Positions 1-10,093 of a stretch of DNA of 64,000 nt are shown here, piece after piece. The first letter of the stretch is position 1, and each line of letters opens with the position of its first letter. The stretch spans positions 186,001 through 250,000 of the IMG/VR virus record IMGVR_UViG_3300010002_000006; one strand, written 5' to 3'. A program made the translations under genes and the position numbers. The notes beneath the pieces are model-generated. The model saw only the letters and a program-made list of their open reading frames with translations. It made no database searches and was not told where the DNA came from. This DNA comes from an uncultured virus (IMG/VR IMGVR_UViG_3300010002_000006). Taxonomy: Duplodnaviria; Heunggongvirae; Uroviricota; Caudoviricetes.

Positions 1-1893
1 ATAGAGGTGTGCGGAATCAAACACCACCATACCGACCCAGTTTACGGTATCAAACTTCCAGACCACATAACCGTCAACAATCTCATACTGCGTTTTGTCA
101 TCGGTGATATCAATCCAGTCACCGTATGGGCGTCCACCCGGTGGTAAGTCGTTTGCACCCTCATCGGTGTTCTCGGTGTCCTTGTAGATCTTGAGTTCCC
201 GGCCTTTCTCTCCGTAAGGATTAGTGCCGTCGGTGGAAACCATGATCTCATTGGGAAGGTCATCGGGATTGTAGTCAGGGTCAATTGCCCACTGCGCTTT
301 GTACAGACGGAACCCGAATCCTTCTTTGAGCTTGACATCCTTTTTGCTGATAATGTAATCCAGCCAGGTTGTTGCTCGTCCCAATGCCCATTCAACGTAG
401 AACGCATCCACACCCGGTGAATACCACTGTCGACCCGTGACCCTTACTTTGCGAATCAGCAACCCTTCTTTATTATACTCGTAGGCGGTTGAGCTCTCAC
501 GGAATGAATGAGGAATCTCATAGCCCAATCCCGAGGTAAAGGGGGCAGTAGGGTAGAAGTCATCGAAGCCCACATCTTCCGGCGTGACATACGGCATATA
601 CAGAGGTGTGTTGGACATCGCCATGCTGCAGCCGTGATAACCCAGCGCATTACGTACCGCTTCAGTACGCAAAGATTGTACCACTGAACTTAAGATCTGG
701 TTCACCGGCGCATTCTCAAGCGTTGCCGCTTGCCACTCTTTGACGTTGGAATTGGACCCGGTCATTGCTCCCACAATCAGGCTGGGATCTTCCAGCAGAT
801 AGAGATCATTAAGACGACTGGAGGTAGGACCCAGTTTTGTCTGCCAACGGGTTTTGTGATATGCCACCTGAATCTGAATATCCGCCATCTTGGATTTCTG
901 ACTCGGGTCTTCACTGATCAGTCGATTACCCAGATACTCTACGTAGTCTGCGGCCATGCCGTAGTCCTGATGAGTTAACTGGCGAACCGCGTCAATAGAG
1001 TTACGGTTGAAGTAATAACCTTCTTGCGTGCGTTTATTGAAGATATAAAAATGGCAATCAGCAAAGTAACGATAGAAATGTGGGCGATCCATAAACGCAG
1101 GAAACAAGATTACCTTGCGTTTGCTGTCAAGCGTAGACAGGTAGTCTGGCATGGTGCGATAGTCATAGGAGAGAATCATCTCAATCGACGGATCGTAACA
1201 CACTTCCACCAAATCCCCGGCACGCACATTTGCAGTATCAATGGACTTGATCTTGCCGTTGTGGAAGAAGGTGACCATGCCCATATTAAACGCTTTCCAC
1301 GCATCGTAATTGGTACGCAGTCTTACCATGTCGTCACTGCGACGATAGAGGCCACCCACGTAACCGTAGGTCTGCTTCAGGCGGTTAGCTTCACTCACAG
1401 TACGAACATTGATGTCAGAACTGTAACAGTGAAGGTAGAGATTTTTATCCAGCGGCAGCGGGAAGTTTTTGTTAACAGGAATTGCCACCAACGTCGGCCC
1501 GTTAAAGCACGGCATGATCAACGCCGCTTCACGCGGGAACATTGAGCCGTCTCCTTTATAGATGTCGATGGCGACACCCCGGTTACGCGCATAGTCAGCA
1601 GCTGTGACCCAGGTATCAACAGGATACCAGCCTTTGCCTCGGTTTCCGAAATTCCAGAAGCCGGTGTCTAATCCACCCAACGTAAAGATGTGGTAGAAGG
1701 TATAAGTAGTTGGCAAATAACGCCGTTTACCCATGTAGACAAAATCATTAACAAAGCCTTGGACTGTAGAGACACGCGCCAGTTTGATCTGGTATTGTTG
1801 GGGAAGTTCAGGGTTCCCCCACATATTGTGAACACTATAGTCTACAAGTGGGTTATCTTCCTGGGTGTAGTTTTTCTCATAAGCAGTTGACAT
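1..1893 (-). CDS. Virion structural protein, runs off the window start (position equivalent to phiKZ gp27-like)
   Basis: Absent from the ORF track. ATG at 1893 reads MSTAYEKNYTQEDNPLVDYSVHNMWGNPELPQQYQIKLARV; frame open where spot-checked, including the first 120 nt; lies next to the sheath/tube block. Confidence 0.7.
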   Translation of the reverse strand, partial: MSTAYEKNYTQEDNPLVDYSVHNMWGNPELPQQYQIKLARVSTVQGFVNDFVYMGKRRYLPTTYTFYHIFTLGGLDTGFWNFGNRGKGWYPVDTWVTAADYARNRGVAIDIYKGDGSMFPREAALIMPCFNGPTLVAIPVNKNFPLPLDKNLYLHCYSSDINVRTVSEANRLKQTYGYVGGLYRRSDDMVRLRTNYDAWKAFNMGMVTFFHNGKIKSIDTANVRAGDLVEVCYDPSIEMILSYDYRTMPDYLSTLDSKRKVILFPAFMDRPHFYRYFADCHFYIFNKRTQEGYYFNRNSIDAVRQLTHQDYGMAADYVEYLGNRLISEDPSQKSKMADIQIQVAYHKTRWQTKLGPTSSRLNDLYLLEDPSLIVGAMTGSNSNVKEWQAATLENAPVNQILSSVVQSLRTEAVRNALGYHGCSMAMSNTPLYMPYVTPEDVGFDDFYPTAPFTSGLGYEIPHSFRESSTAYEYNKEGLLIRKVRVTGRQWYSPGVDAFYVEWALGRATTWLDYIISKKDVKLKEGFGFRLYKAQWAIDPDYNPDDLPNEIMVSTDGTNPYGEKGRELKIYKDTENTDEGANDLPPGGRPYGDWIDITDDKTQYEIVDGYVVWKFDTVNWVGMVVFDSAHLY

Positions 1894-1918
1894 TGAGTTA
1901 CCCCAAGATAAAAAACAA

Positions 1919-2794
1919 TCAACGACCGGCCAGATAGAAGGAAACGGTTTGAATAAAGTTCGTTACCGAACTGTCGTTCTTGACGTTTAATTCCTGACCC
2001 ACGGCCGTGTTCTGATAAAGCTTCTCAGTGGCAGAACCGTACGCGATTGCGGTGAACAGCGTAGGCATTTCCAGCGCTGCACCCATCAGCATACGAAAGC
2101 CTGAAGTTGAGAAGAAGATAGAGGAGCCTGCTGCCACTAATCCGCCCAGATCCATTCGAGACAAACTGAACAGAGACGGATGAGATTTGATTGCAGCCAG
2201 TAGCTCTTCGAGATTGCCCAGATAGCCGAGCTCTTCGATTTCAGCCAGTACGTCTGACTGTGGAACACGCAGCGCGCGCGATACCGCGTTCTGACTCACA
2301 AACGTGAAGTCGATGCTGGGTGATTCAAACAGACACACAAAGTAATGTCCCAAGATGATCTGCAGCTTGAGCTTTTGTACCACGTCCAGTGTGACTGTTC
2401 GCGCAATGGCATTGCCAAACGCACGAGCAAACGCTTTCAGGGTATAAGGTCGCACTGTTTTGATCAGCGAGGTTTCGCCGTTTTGGGCATCTTGCTGAAG
2501 TGCAGCTGCCAAGACCATCACGTTGTATTCGGGAAGGTTGATGTTCCGACCTTCTCTATTAAAGTAGGTGCGCTGATCCAGTACAGTGACGAGTTCACGT
2601 TTGTAGTTGGCAACTGAGATCGGATACACAAACTTAGGTAATCCGTAATCATTTTTATTATCTACCCCAAAAACCCCACGGCTATCGATCTGCTCTAATC
2701 GATCGGTGCTTTGCAGTAGCTTGATTGTCTCGCTCACCTTGTCCTTGACCTTGAATCTACTACCCACGGTAGTAAAATAACCATTTACAATCAT
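1919..2794 (-). CDS. Conserved virion protein divergent from the tail sheath (phiKZ gp28-like position)
   Basis: 291 aa ORF; gene order typical of phiKZ-like phages. Confidence 0.6.
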   Translation of the reverse strand: MIVNGYFTTVGSRFKVKDKVSETIKLLQSTDRLEQIDSRGVFGVDNKNDYGLPKFVYPISVANYKRELVTVLDQRTYFNREGRNINLPEYNVMVLAAALQQDAQNGETSLIKTVRPYTLKAFARAFGNAIARTVTLDVVQKLKLQIILGHYFVCLFESPSIDFTFVSQNAVSRALRVPQSDVLAEIEELGYLGNLEELLAAIKSHPSLFSLSRMDLGGLVAAGSSIFFSTSGFRMLMGAALEMPTLFTAIAYGSATEKLYQNTAVGQELNVKNDSSVTNFIQTVSFYLAGR

Positions 2795-2900
2795 GTCTCT
2801 AGTCCTGAATTAATGTTATGCGTGTTAACGTTAACTGTCATGCCCGATTTTGGGTCATACGATTGATTTTTTTGATCAAAAAAATTAATGAGGTAGTACT

Positions 2901-5120
2901 ATGGAAACTTTTTCCAAAGTGATACCAGGTAAAGTTGTCAATAATGGTATTGTGAGTCGTGAGACCTTCTCAAGCACAGCACCGGTTATTTCTTCACCTG
3001 CTCACTTTCCGGACTATGCCGCGGTAACGCCGAAAGGCCCCACCAAGCATGGTACGGTTGCCATGGATTCCTTTACTGATAAGTTTGGGGATACCACGGA
3101 TGCATTCGGGATGTATTACAACCCGGTTACCTATGCGATCCAATGCCTGGGTAAAGCTGCACAAGCATCATTCGGTTTTAAACGTCTGACCAACAACCAG
3201 GTCAAATCTCGCATCATCGCGGGTGTCGCTATTTTCGCCGGTGAAGTACCGAACTATGTTCGTGACTCCATGTCAGGTGATTATGAGTTCGACGAAGCAG
3301 GCGATCCGCTGGTTGACAAAGATGCACCAACGCTGCCAAATGGCCGCTGGGTCTGTCCGGCTGTGCTGAAAAGCACTGACGAAGTGGGTTCTGCGAAAGT
3401 CTTTGAAGTCACCTCTGACGCAAGTACGCCAGAGATTCCGGAAGGGACAAAGGGTAAGTTCTATCCGCTGTCTGAACTGATCTCCGGTGTCGGTGATTAC
3501 TACAACAGCAGCTATGCGACGTTCGGTCACGCTACACTCACTGACTGGAACCAGGTTGCTCGCTTTGTTGAAGCCAATGGCGCCTTCCCGTTTGTGCTGA
3601 ACATCGGCACCATCACCACCTCTGGTCTGCGTGTACCGGCTGCCACCGTTAATGGTGTTCCGGATACCAACTTCACGATGTTCGATGTCGTGACAGAAGA
3701 CAAGGTGCGTTACACCCTGAAGTCAGCGATCGACTCCTACACCGGCAACAACGTCAACCGTCAGGTTGAAACTGTTGATGCGCCGTTTAGCGAAACCTAC
3801 CAGTATGCAGCCAACATCGCGGCTGTGGCCAAAGAACTCTATGATGCCGAGTACACCGGTACCGCAGAAGTTCCGCCGGTGGTTCAGTCTAAGCGTCTGC
3901 CGAAGTATGCGATCATGAACATGTGGGATCTGGTCAACCACAACGGCGTTCCTTATAAGCACATTGTCTTCGGCGGTAACATCAAAGTTACTAACGCGGC
4001 CAACACGCTGACCGGTACCCGTGTGAGTCTGAACCACTTCATGCAGTCCAACGGCGGGATCAACCCGTTTGCGGATGCAGATGGTAAGTATCCAGCGAAA
4101 CCTGCGAAATGGAATGCGACTCAGTATGGCGAATGGATTGCGGATAACTCCGATCCAGATGCGGTGCTGTCACACGCCCAGTGTTGGGAAATGAACCAGA
4201 TTCTGTTGGAAGCCTGGTTGCTGGAATACAAAGCATCGCTGGCGTTCAAAGATGTGATCCGTAACCGTGTCTCCTTTATGTGGGACGTTGGCTACAAGCA
4301 GTCGATCAAAGACCTGCTGATCAGCTTCCTGTCAGTGCGTAAAGACTTCATCGTGATTCCGTGCGCAACCGAATACCTGCGTAACAAAACTCAGGATGAG
4401 ATCTACTCAACGGCCATTATGCTTAATACCCGTATTAGCATGATCCCTGAGTCAGATGTCTACAAGTCTCACGCATGCCGTGCGGCGATCAACCTGTGGG
4501 ATTCACGTTACATCGACGAATTCACCTGGAACCGCTTCTCACTGAACATCGATCTGATGTATGCCTTTGCTCTGGCCGGTGGTGGCGCTGACGGTAAAAT
4601 CTTCAAGGCGCAGATGCCTGACCATGAAGGTAACCGTATCCTGCGTATTGCGCACGATCCATTGGTGCAGTTCGAAGCGGATGACCCGGCTGCAGCGAAC
4701 CTGCTCAACGGTAACATCTCTGTTACCCCGATCACGGAAACGCAGTATTGCCGCGCTGCCCTGCCAACTGTTTATGACAACATCAACAGTGTGCTGAAAG
4801 ACCTGACCAACGTCTGGAAATGTGTCTGCGTTGAGAAAGTGTTGCAGGATCAGTGGATCCAGGTTTCCGGTGATACCCAGCTCACCAAAGAAGGCTATCT
4901 GTCACGCGTTAAAGATGACTCTGAAGCGATCATTCGTGACCGTTACGGTGCAATCATCAGCAACTGGGAAGTGGTCACCTCCTTTAAAGAGGCGTCACCA
5001 ACTTCCAAATCTGTCATGTATGCTACTACCAAACTCTGGTTAGGTAAAGGTTACTACATGCTGGATTCCGTACTGGAAGCCTACAACGAAGACAGCTTGG
5101 CCGCCTCGGCAGCCGCGTGA
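2901..5120 (+). CDS. Contractile tail sheath protein (phiKZ gp29-like)
   Basis: 739 aa; GAGG RBS; sheath-like C-terminal half (MWDVGY...RKD, LPTVYDN..SVL); followed by a tube-sized gene; high-expression codon usage. Confidence 0.85.
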   Translation: METFSKVIPGKVVNNGIVSRETFSSTAPVISSPAHFPDYAAVTPKGPTKHGTVAMDSFTDKFGDTTDAFGMYYNPVTYAIQCLGKAAQASFGFKRLTNNQVKSRIIAGVAIFAGEVPNYVRDSMSGDYEFDEAGDPLVDKDAPTLPNGRWVCPAVLKSTDEVGSAKVFEVTSDASTPEIPEGTKGKFYPLSELISGVGDYYNSSYATFGHATLTDWNQVARFVEANGAFPFVLNIGTITTSGLRVPAATVNGVPDTNFTMFDVVTEDKVRYTLKSAIDSYTGNNVNRQVETVDAPFSETYQYAANIAAVAKELYDAEYTGTAEVPPVVQSKRLPKYAIMNMWDLVNHNGVPYKHIVFGGNIKVTNAANTLTGTRVSLNHFMQSNGGINPFADADGKYPAKPAKWNATQYGEWIADNSDPDAVLSHAQCWEMNQILLEAWLLEYKASLAFKDVIRNRVSFMWDVGYKQSIKDLLISFLSVRKDFIVIPCATEYLRNKTQDEIYSTAIMLNTRISMIPESDVYKSHACRAAINLWDSRYIDEFTWNRFSLNIDLMYAFALAGGGADGKIFKAQMPDHEGNRILRIAHDPLVQFEADDPAAANLLNGNISVTPITETQYCRAALPTVYDNINSVLKDLTNVWKCVCVEKVLQDQWIQVSGDTQLTKEGYLSRVKDDSEAIIRDRYGAIISNWEVVTSFKEASPTSKSVMYATTKLWLGKGYYMLDSVLEAYNEDSLAASAAA

Positions 5121-5133
5121 TAAGGAATAAGAA

Positions 5134-6036
5134 ATGAGCACTAACTTTCCGCATCGCGATAACTTGACGTTGGTTCCGGGCAACTCTGAATTCAAACGTG
5201 CGTTCGACATTGGTGATGTAGATGTCATCAACGCCGCACACGGCGGTCAGTACGGTTTCGCACCGAACAACTTCCGCTATGTTTCAGAGCAACCTTACGT
5301 GTCCCAGCGTCCGTATTGCGTCAACCTCTCTACCCCGTCGGCGTTCAGCCAACTGCCAGGTGGAGCTGAGTTGCACGGTCTGCTGCGTTCCTACATGGAA
5401 ACGCGTAGCCGTAACTGGGGCGGTCTGTCCGTTCGTACATCGGTTGACTTCCATGACATCACCTGGGCAGGCGGTTCTACACTGAGCTTCCCAGTGGGTT
5501 CATCTCGTCAGTTCGGTGCGATCAGCCACATGGCGCTGGATCCAGAAGGGGAGTCTTACTCCAAGCTGATGGATACCTGGATCAACTACCTGTTGAACGA
5601 CCCGGTCATTCGTCATCCTAAGATCATCACCCTGGGTTACACCGGTGGTCTTCTGCTGGATGAGATCTCTATGGCATCCGTGTACTTTGAACCAAGCCGT
5701 AACTGGCGTGACGTCCGTCATGCGTTCATCGTTCTGGGTCAGATGCCTAAAGAAGGTGCCAACTACGAGTTCGGCTTTGATGTGGATAACGCATCAGGTG
5801 CGGTTCGTGAGGTCAATACCGAGTTCACTGGTTTGATCGAGTTTGACACCGCTGCGGCCAAGCAGATCGCGCGCGCTGTAATGAAGCGTATGCCTCTGTA
5901 CAACCCAGCAGGTCGCGCAGCACCGGCCGGCTTCATGCAGCCAACTGCGAACCTTCAGAGCATCCAGAACAACGGACTCGCCAGCCTGATGAATGAAGAA
6001 GCGCGTACCATCGCAAATCCGAAATATCTGGGCTAA
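5134..6036 (+). CDS. Tail tube protein (phiKZ gp30-like)
   Basis: 300 aa directly downstream of the sheath; AAGGA RBS; GGQYGFAPN...EQPYV N-terminal motif. Confidence 0.8.
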   Translation: MSTNFPHRDNLTLVPGNSEFKRAFDIGDVDVINAAHGGQYGFAPNNFRYVSEQPYVSQRPYCVNLSTPSAFSQLPGGAELHGLLRSYMETRSRNWGGLSVRTSVDFHDITWAGGSTLSFPVGSSRQFGAISHMALDPEGESYSKLMDTWINYLLNDPVIRHPKIITLGYTGGLLLDEISMASVYFEPSRNWRDVRHAFIVLGQMPKEGANYEFGFDVDNASGAVREVNTEFTGLIEFDTAAAKQIARAVMKRMPLYNPAGRAAPAGFMQPTANLQSIQNNGLASLMNEEARTIANPKYLG

Positions 6037-6055
6037 AAAAAATACATAAGTATTT

Positions 6056-6087
6056 ACTCCTACTCACCTGAAAGGGTGAGTAGGAGT
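6056..6087. terminator. Bidirectional hairpin terminator (CTACTC-stem family)
   Basis: ACTCCTACTCACC-tgaaag-GGTGAGTAGGAGT between convergent genes, with A and T tracts flanking. Confidence 0.8.
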
Positions 6088-6111
6088 TTTATGCTGCTTT
6101 GTGTTTAAAGA

Positions 6112-6573
6112 TTACCGTTTTAATAAGACACGTAATAACAGATTTCGTTTGAACTCTCGATACAGTGAGATATCTTCTTTTGTTAAGTCAAGGTTCTTTA
6201 GTCGGGACTCCTCAACAACACCTTCCGTTAACGAAAGGAAGTTTTTATGGACGCCCTTTAAATGCTTGATCAGTCGAAGATAATCTTTCAACGTTGCATT
6301 TACCGGAAGCTGAATATTGAGATCCCGTTCAGCCTTGACCACGTATGTTGGTGATACAATATCCTCATTATAGAAGATGTCGAGTCGCCAGTGTCGACCT
6401 CGTTCATCGATCAGTGACAAATGAATGCGGTTTACCATGACCTGGTTCCAACTGAGCTTTTGCTCACGGGGTGAACAATCCCTTACCCACCACCATGCAC
6501 ATCCACCCAGAATAACCAACACCATGCACACTGTTACACTTAACGTCAACCAGTTATTTGGAATGTGTAACAC
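6112..6573 (-). CDS. Hypothetical protein with an N-terminal transmembrane helix
   Basis: 153 aa; hydrophobic LSVTVCMVLVILGGCAWWWV; overlaps the 3' end of the HD gene. Confidence 0.65.
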   Translation of the reverse strand: MLHIPNNWLTLSVTVCMVLVILGGCAWWWVRDCSPREQKLSWNQVMVNRIHLSLIDERGRHWRLDIFYNEDIVSPTYVVKAERDLNIQLPVNATLKDYLRLIKHLKGVHKNFLSLTEGVVEESRLKNLDLTKEDISLYREFKRNLLLRVLLKR

Positions 6574-7279
6574 TACCTCCTCCTAACGAACTGTAGGTCT
6601 CCTTTATCAGCGCCAGCGCAAAAGGTTCATCCAGCAGTTTTTCAGAGAACACCTTCCACTCTGCTTCAAAGAAATCCATGCCGATATCCGGATAGCTTTT
6701 CCAGTGATAACCTTCAGCACCAAACTTCTCCAGCAGGTGACGGTAGACATCCTCCACAATGGTGGCTTCATCCATGTTCCTTTTAAGACGGAACTGAACG
6801 GCCCGGCGCACGTACTTGTTAAAGTCCGGCACCCCACTGTCTGCGACGCTTACAATACAGCTGATATAGTTGCTGGGTTTATACTCATTGGAGCTGCGAT
6901 GTTCCAACACAGCCGTGGCGATAACCTTGAGTTCTTCGTCGTTAAACTCGCCTGGCCAGTAACGGTTCAGCAGTTCATACGTCAACCCATAGCCTATCAA
7001 ATGATGCTGAGAGCGTTCGTACCGACAGCCAATATCATGTAATAAACAAGCCACATAAATCAGCAGGGTGTCGCGCTCGTTGACTTTAAACCGTTTGGCA
7101 ATAGTCTTGCCGAGAACACAGACATCCCTGACATGATCAAGGTTGTGTGCGGGGTCATTTAATGAGATTGACCAGACACAGTGGCGCAAGAATTCCTTTT
7201 GGATTTTGTAATCGAACAGTTTCACCCACTGGCTGTCCGCCAGGACTTTTTCCTCATCCGGAGATAATATAGTTTCCAT
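6554..7279 (-). CDS. HD-domain metal-dependent phosphohydrolase
   Basis: Motifs AHNLDHV, ACLLHDIG, QHHLIG, VLEHR and VAD; AAGG RBS. Confidence 0.85.
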   Translation of the reverse strand: METILSPDEEKVLADSQWVKLFDYKIQKEFLRHCVWSISLNDPAHNLDHVRDVCVLGKTIAKRFKVNERDTLLIYVACLLHDIGCRYERSQHHLIGYGLTYELLNRYWPGEFNDEELKVIATAVLEHRSSNEYKPSNYISCIVSVADSGVPDFNKYVRRAVQFRLKRNMDEATIVEDVYRHLLEKFGAEGYHWKSYPDIGMDFFEAEWKVFSEKLLDEPFALALIKETYSSLGGGSVTHSK

Positions 7280-7320
7280 ATTGGTCTTTCCTTTAATCTG
7301 TTTCAGGGATTATCAACATA

Positions 7321-7337
7321 ATAATATCTGTTTAATT
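7321..7337 (-). promoter_or_regulatory. Putative early (virion RNAP) promoter
   Basis: Minus strand AATTAAACAGATATTAT about 40 nt upstream of the HD gene; motif recurs before other accessory operons. Confidence 0.55.
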
Positions 7338-7376
7338 ATTATTTTAATTAAAAAAAAAGAGTAGTGTAAAAGGCAG

Positions 7377-7400
7377 GGTGAGAAGCTTACGCCTCTCACC
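7377..7400 (-). terminator. Hairpin terminator after the exported-protein cassette
   Basis: GGTGAGA...TCTCACC inverted repeat, then a T tract on the minus strand at about 7350. Confidence 0.55.
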
Positions 7401-7411
7401 ACTACAAAGAA

Positions 7412-8077
7412 TTACTTATTTGGCATTTCTGCTGCAGCCAGATAGGTATTGTTGAGATCCAATTTCAACCCTTTACACTCCTTTGGGATATGCCTTAGTG
7501 TGTCCTTTAACTGACCTGCTGTAAACAACGGTGACCACGCTATCCCAATATAACTGCCGTCAATATTGCGCCCATCAATTACAAACGCAAGATTGGTATC
7601 CACCGGTAACTCCGCTGCTTTATGCAAAGCTGCCTGAATATCGTCATCACCTTCAGCGGTAGAAAAGATTGGATCACGGCTATCATCCGCTTCACGAATG
7701 TCTTTGATCCCACTTCGAAAATCCATCAAGGAAATCTCAACGTCACCTTTAGGAACCACATTGGCATCGTTCTTGATGTAATAGCTGATCCCTGCAGCAC
7801 GTTCACGGATATCGCACACTACTGTGACAACCGCCACTGACTTCTGTTTATCCACGCCAAACGCTAAGCCGTAGCCGTAAACATCGTTGGTGAATTTGAA
7901 TTTCTTTCCCCAGACAAACTTGGCAATACTTGGAGTATGTAAGACCTGACCATACAGACTGTCATCAACCCCACTTTTCTCTGCTTGTTTGCTAAGGTCA
8001 ATATAGTCACTATCCTTGTCACAACCTGACAATACAACCACAGCCAACACCATAATAAATACAAAGAACTTTTTCAT
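7412..8077 (-). CDS. Lipoprotein, exported Cys-pair family member 5
   Basis: Signal peptide with lipobox LSGC; mature Cys88 and Cys201. Confidence 0.8.
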   Translation of the reverse strand: MKKFFVFIMVLAVVVLSGCDKDSDYIDLSKQAEKSGVDDSLYGQVLHTPSIAKFVWGKKFKFTNDVYGYGLAFGVDKQKSVAVVTVVCDIRERAAGISYYIKNDANVVPKGDVEISLMDFRSGIKDIREADDSRDPIFSTAEGDDDIQAALHKAAELPVDTNLAFVIDGRNIDGSYIGIAWSPLFTAGQLKDTLRHIPKECKGLKLDLNNTYLAAAEMPNK

Positions 8078-8096
8078 AGTTACATTCTCGTTAAAA

Positions 8097-8127
8097 TAAC
8101 TCTACTCCCTTTTGAGGAGTAGAGTTA
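8097..8127. terminator. Hairpin (CTACTC-stem family)
   Basis: TAACTCTACTCC-cttttga-GGAGTAGAGTTA. Confidence 0.75.
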
Positions 8128-8130
8128 GTA

Positions 8131-8709
8131 TTAATTAGTTTGAAGTGTAGAGCAGGGATGAGAATCCATGGTCACTGCTGAAGTTAATGTTACCAACTCC
8201 ACCGTAACATAGGTAACCTCTTTGGTCTTTCTGACGTCATCCAGGGAATCAGCCACACTAAAGACAAAGTGTCGATAAGTATCCGCGCCCACATCCTTAA
8301 GCTGAATAGCAGTTAGCATAAACGCATCACCCACTGGGATTTTATCCGAAGTAGGTTTAATCCCTCGCCAACCTGACGGTGCAATAGTCTCCTGCTTACT
8401 GCGTGCAAAATTAAAGAAGACTTTGTCACCCTGCGGTGGATGCTTTCCATCCAGACTTTGTACATACCAACCAAAGCCGTCGTGGGAACCAGGGTTTATG
8501 CAGCGCATCTCTACCCGTGCATTCAGCTTGGGCAGATCAAACGACAGAGGTTTAATCACGTTGTCCGGGGTTTTCTCCGGGTCAACAATCTTTGCGATCT
8601 CAGGAGTTTTGATCTTGTCCACTTTACCGTTCGGACCTGACATTACTCCGAGAATGATAGCCAAGGCAACGACAATCAACGCCCAATGCCATTTTGATGG
8701 TTTATTCAT
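8131..8709 (-). CDS. Membrane-anchored or exported protein, Cys-pair family member 4
   Basis: N-terminal hydrophobic helix WALIVVALAIILGVM; Cys70 and Cys186. Confidence 0.75.
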   Translation of the reverse strand: MNKPSKWHWALIVVALAIILGVMSGPNGKVDKIKTPEIAKIVDPEKTPDNVIKPLSFDLPKLNARVEMRCINPGSHDGFGWYVQSLDGKHPPQGDKVFFNFARSKQETIAPSGWRGIKPTSDKIPVGDAFMLTAIQLKDVGADTYRHFVFSVADSLDDVRKTKEVTYVTVELVTLTSAVTMDSHPCSTLQTN

Positions 8710-8764
8710 GACGCTCTCACTTAGTCAATATTACCTGCCAACGAGAGTGTCGGAAGGATGAAGA

Positions 8765-9427
8765 TTAAATCGAATCGGTCAGATTCTTCAGCGGATATAC
8801 CGAAACCGCCCCGCCATTAATCCGGCAACCTTCTGCATCTGGATATTTATCCATGGCGGCGAAGATCGCTGGCAAGAAGCTGCTCGACAACAACATTGAG
8901 TGGGCAACCGGATTAGCTTTAATCCCGCCACGAGTCTCATAGAACTCAAACGAGAAGAAGCCAACACCGTTTAACTTTTTCATGCGGTCAAAGGATTTAC
9001 GGAGGTTATCTTTATCTTTGATACTGTCAAAGATTTTGACGTCACCATTAGCCTTATATCCGTCATCGGGTCCGTCATAAACGTTAACCTGGAAACCCGT
9101 CGCCCCCTGTGCTTTACCCCCGGTGAGATCATCGAGATAGTAATAGGTGGTGATGGTCTGCTGGGTAACATCGCATTGTAACACAACACGTTGCGTAACG
9201 TTAGCTTTGGAGTCATGCAGGGTCAGGGTAACATCTGCGATGCCATCCATAACTTTGTCTGCCGTGACTTCGGCACGATCGGCCACCAACGCCGGATAGA
9301 ACGGATCAGGTTTAACGTTGTGACTGGCCGCAATGGCAATGTTGGCAAAGCCAATCATCATAATCATAACCGCAACGCGGAAAGGCATGATGGTTGCCAG
9401 GTAAGCAAAAGGATTAATGCGTTTCAT
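8765..9427 (-). CDS. Exported protein, Cys-pair family member 3
   Basis: Signal-peptide-like N-terminus ending AIA-A; Cys85 and Cys201. Confidence 0.75.
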   Translation of the reverse strand: MKRINPFAYLATIMPFRVAVMIMMIGFANIAIAASHNVKPDPFYPALVADRAEVTADKVMDGIADVTLTLHDSKANVTQRVVLQCDVTQQTITTYYYLDDLTGGKAQGATGFQVNVYDGPDDGYKANGDVKIFDSIKDKDNLRKSFDRMKKLNGVGFFSFEFYETRGGIKANPVAHSMLLSSSFLPAIFAAMDKYPDAEGCRINGGAVSVYPLKNLTDSI

Positions 9428-10007
9428 GAGTGAGATCCACCAGTGGAAGAATTGAATTAAATTTCGTCACCTCACATGTACTTAAGTCGGAATGATTGAG
9501 GTCCCGCTTAAATACATACGACGGTATGATTTCTGACCACGCCTGAGTAATAATGTCATGGTTATTGACATAGGTCTCAAACGTAATCACTACTCCCCAG
9601 TCTTCATCGCGAAAGAGCCCCTGCAGTGCTTTAACAAAGTGACCTGGTTGCCCTGACATGCCCGCGTCGTAAATTACAGCTGACGGAGCAAAGTAGGGCG
9701 GGGTCATTTTGAACCAGCCGCGGGGATAACGTTGAATCGTGAAGTAGTTGGCATTGGTAACCTGAAAGCCATCCCGTGTCTTGTAATAGATCACGTTCAT
9801 CTCCTGAGTTTCCTCATCACACGTAATGATGAAATACTCCGGGTTCTTTGGGTCACCGTTGGTGTAGGTAATCTGCGATTTTCCTACGGCGTTAAATACA
9901 TCAAACTGAGGATAGGGGGCGATCTTGTTGATGTACTCGGCTGAGCGAACCCAGCTGGGTGAAACAGTGAAAACAACGGCAACGAGTAGACACACCAAAT
10001 AGTTCAT
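9414..10007 (-). CDS. Exported protein, Cys-pair family member 2
   Basis: Likely start MNYLVCLLVAVVF at 10007 after AAAGGG; signal peptide; mature Cys pair 115 aa apart. Confidence 0.75.
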   Translation of the reverse strand: MNYLVCLLVAVVFTVSPSWVRSAEYINKIAPYPQFDVFNAVGKSQITYTNGDPKNPEYFIITCDEETQEMNVIYYKTRDGFQVTNANYFTIQRYPRGWFKMTPPYFAPSAVIYDAGMSGQPGHFVKALQGLFRDEDWGVVITFETYVNNHDIITQAWSEIIPSYVFKRDLNHSDLSTCEVTKFNSILPLVDLTHETH

Positions 10008-10093
10008 GCACACCCTTTTCAATAAGCCCTACAACCCAAAGGCCGCAAGGCTTAAAATCAATTTGATAATGTATACCTGTTATTTCGTCCAAC

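Noticed and set aside
730..1890. Plus-strand ORFs 730, 1024 and 1690, and short minus-strand ORFs 42 and 456
   Set aside because: Shadows or alternative frames of the long minus-strand virion gene starting at 1893
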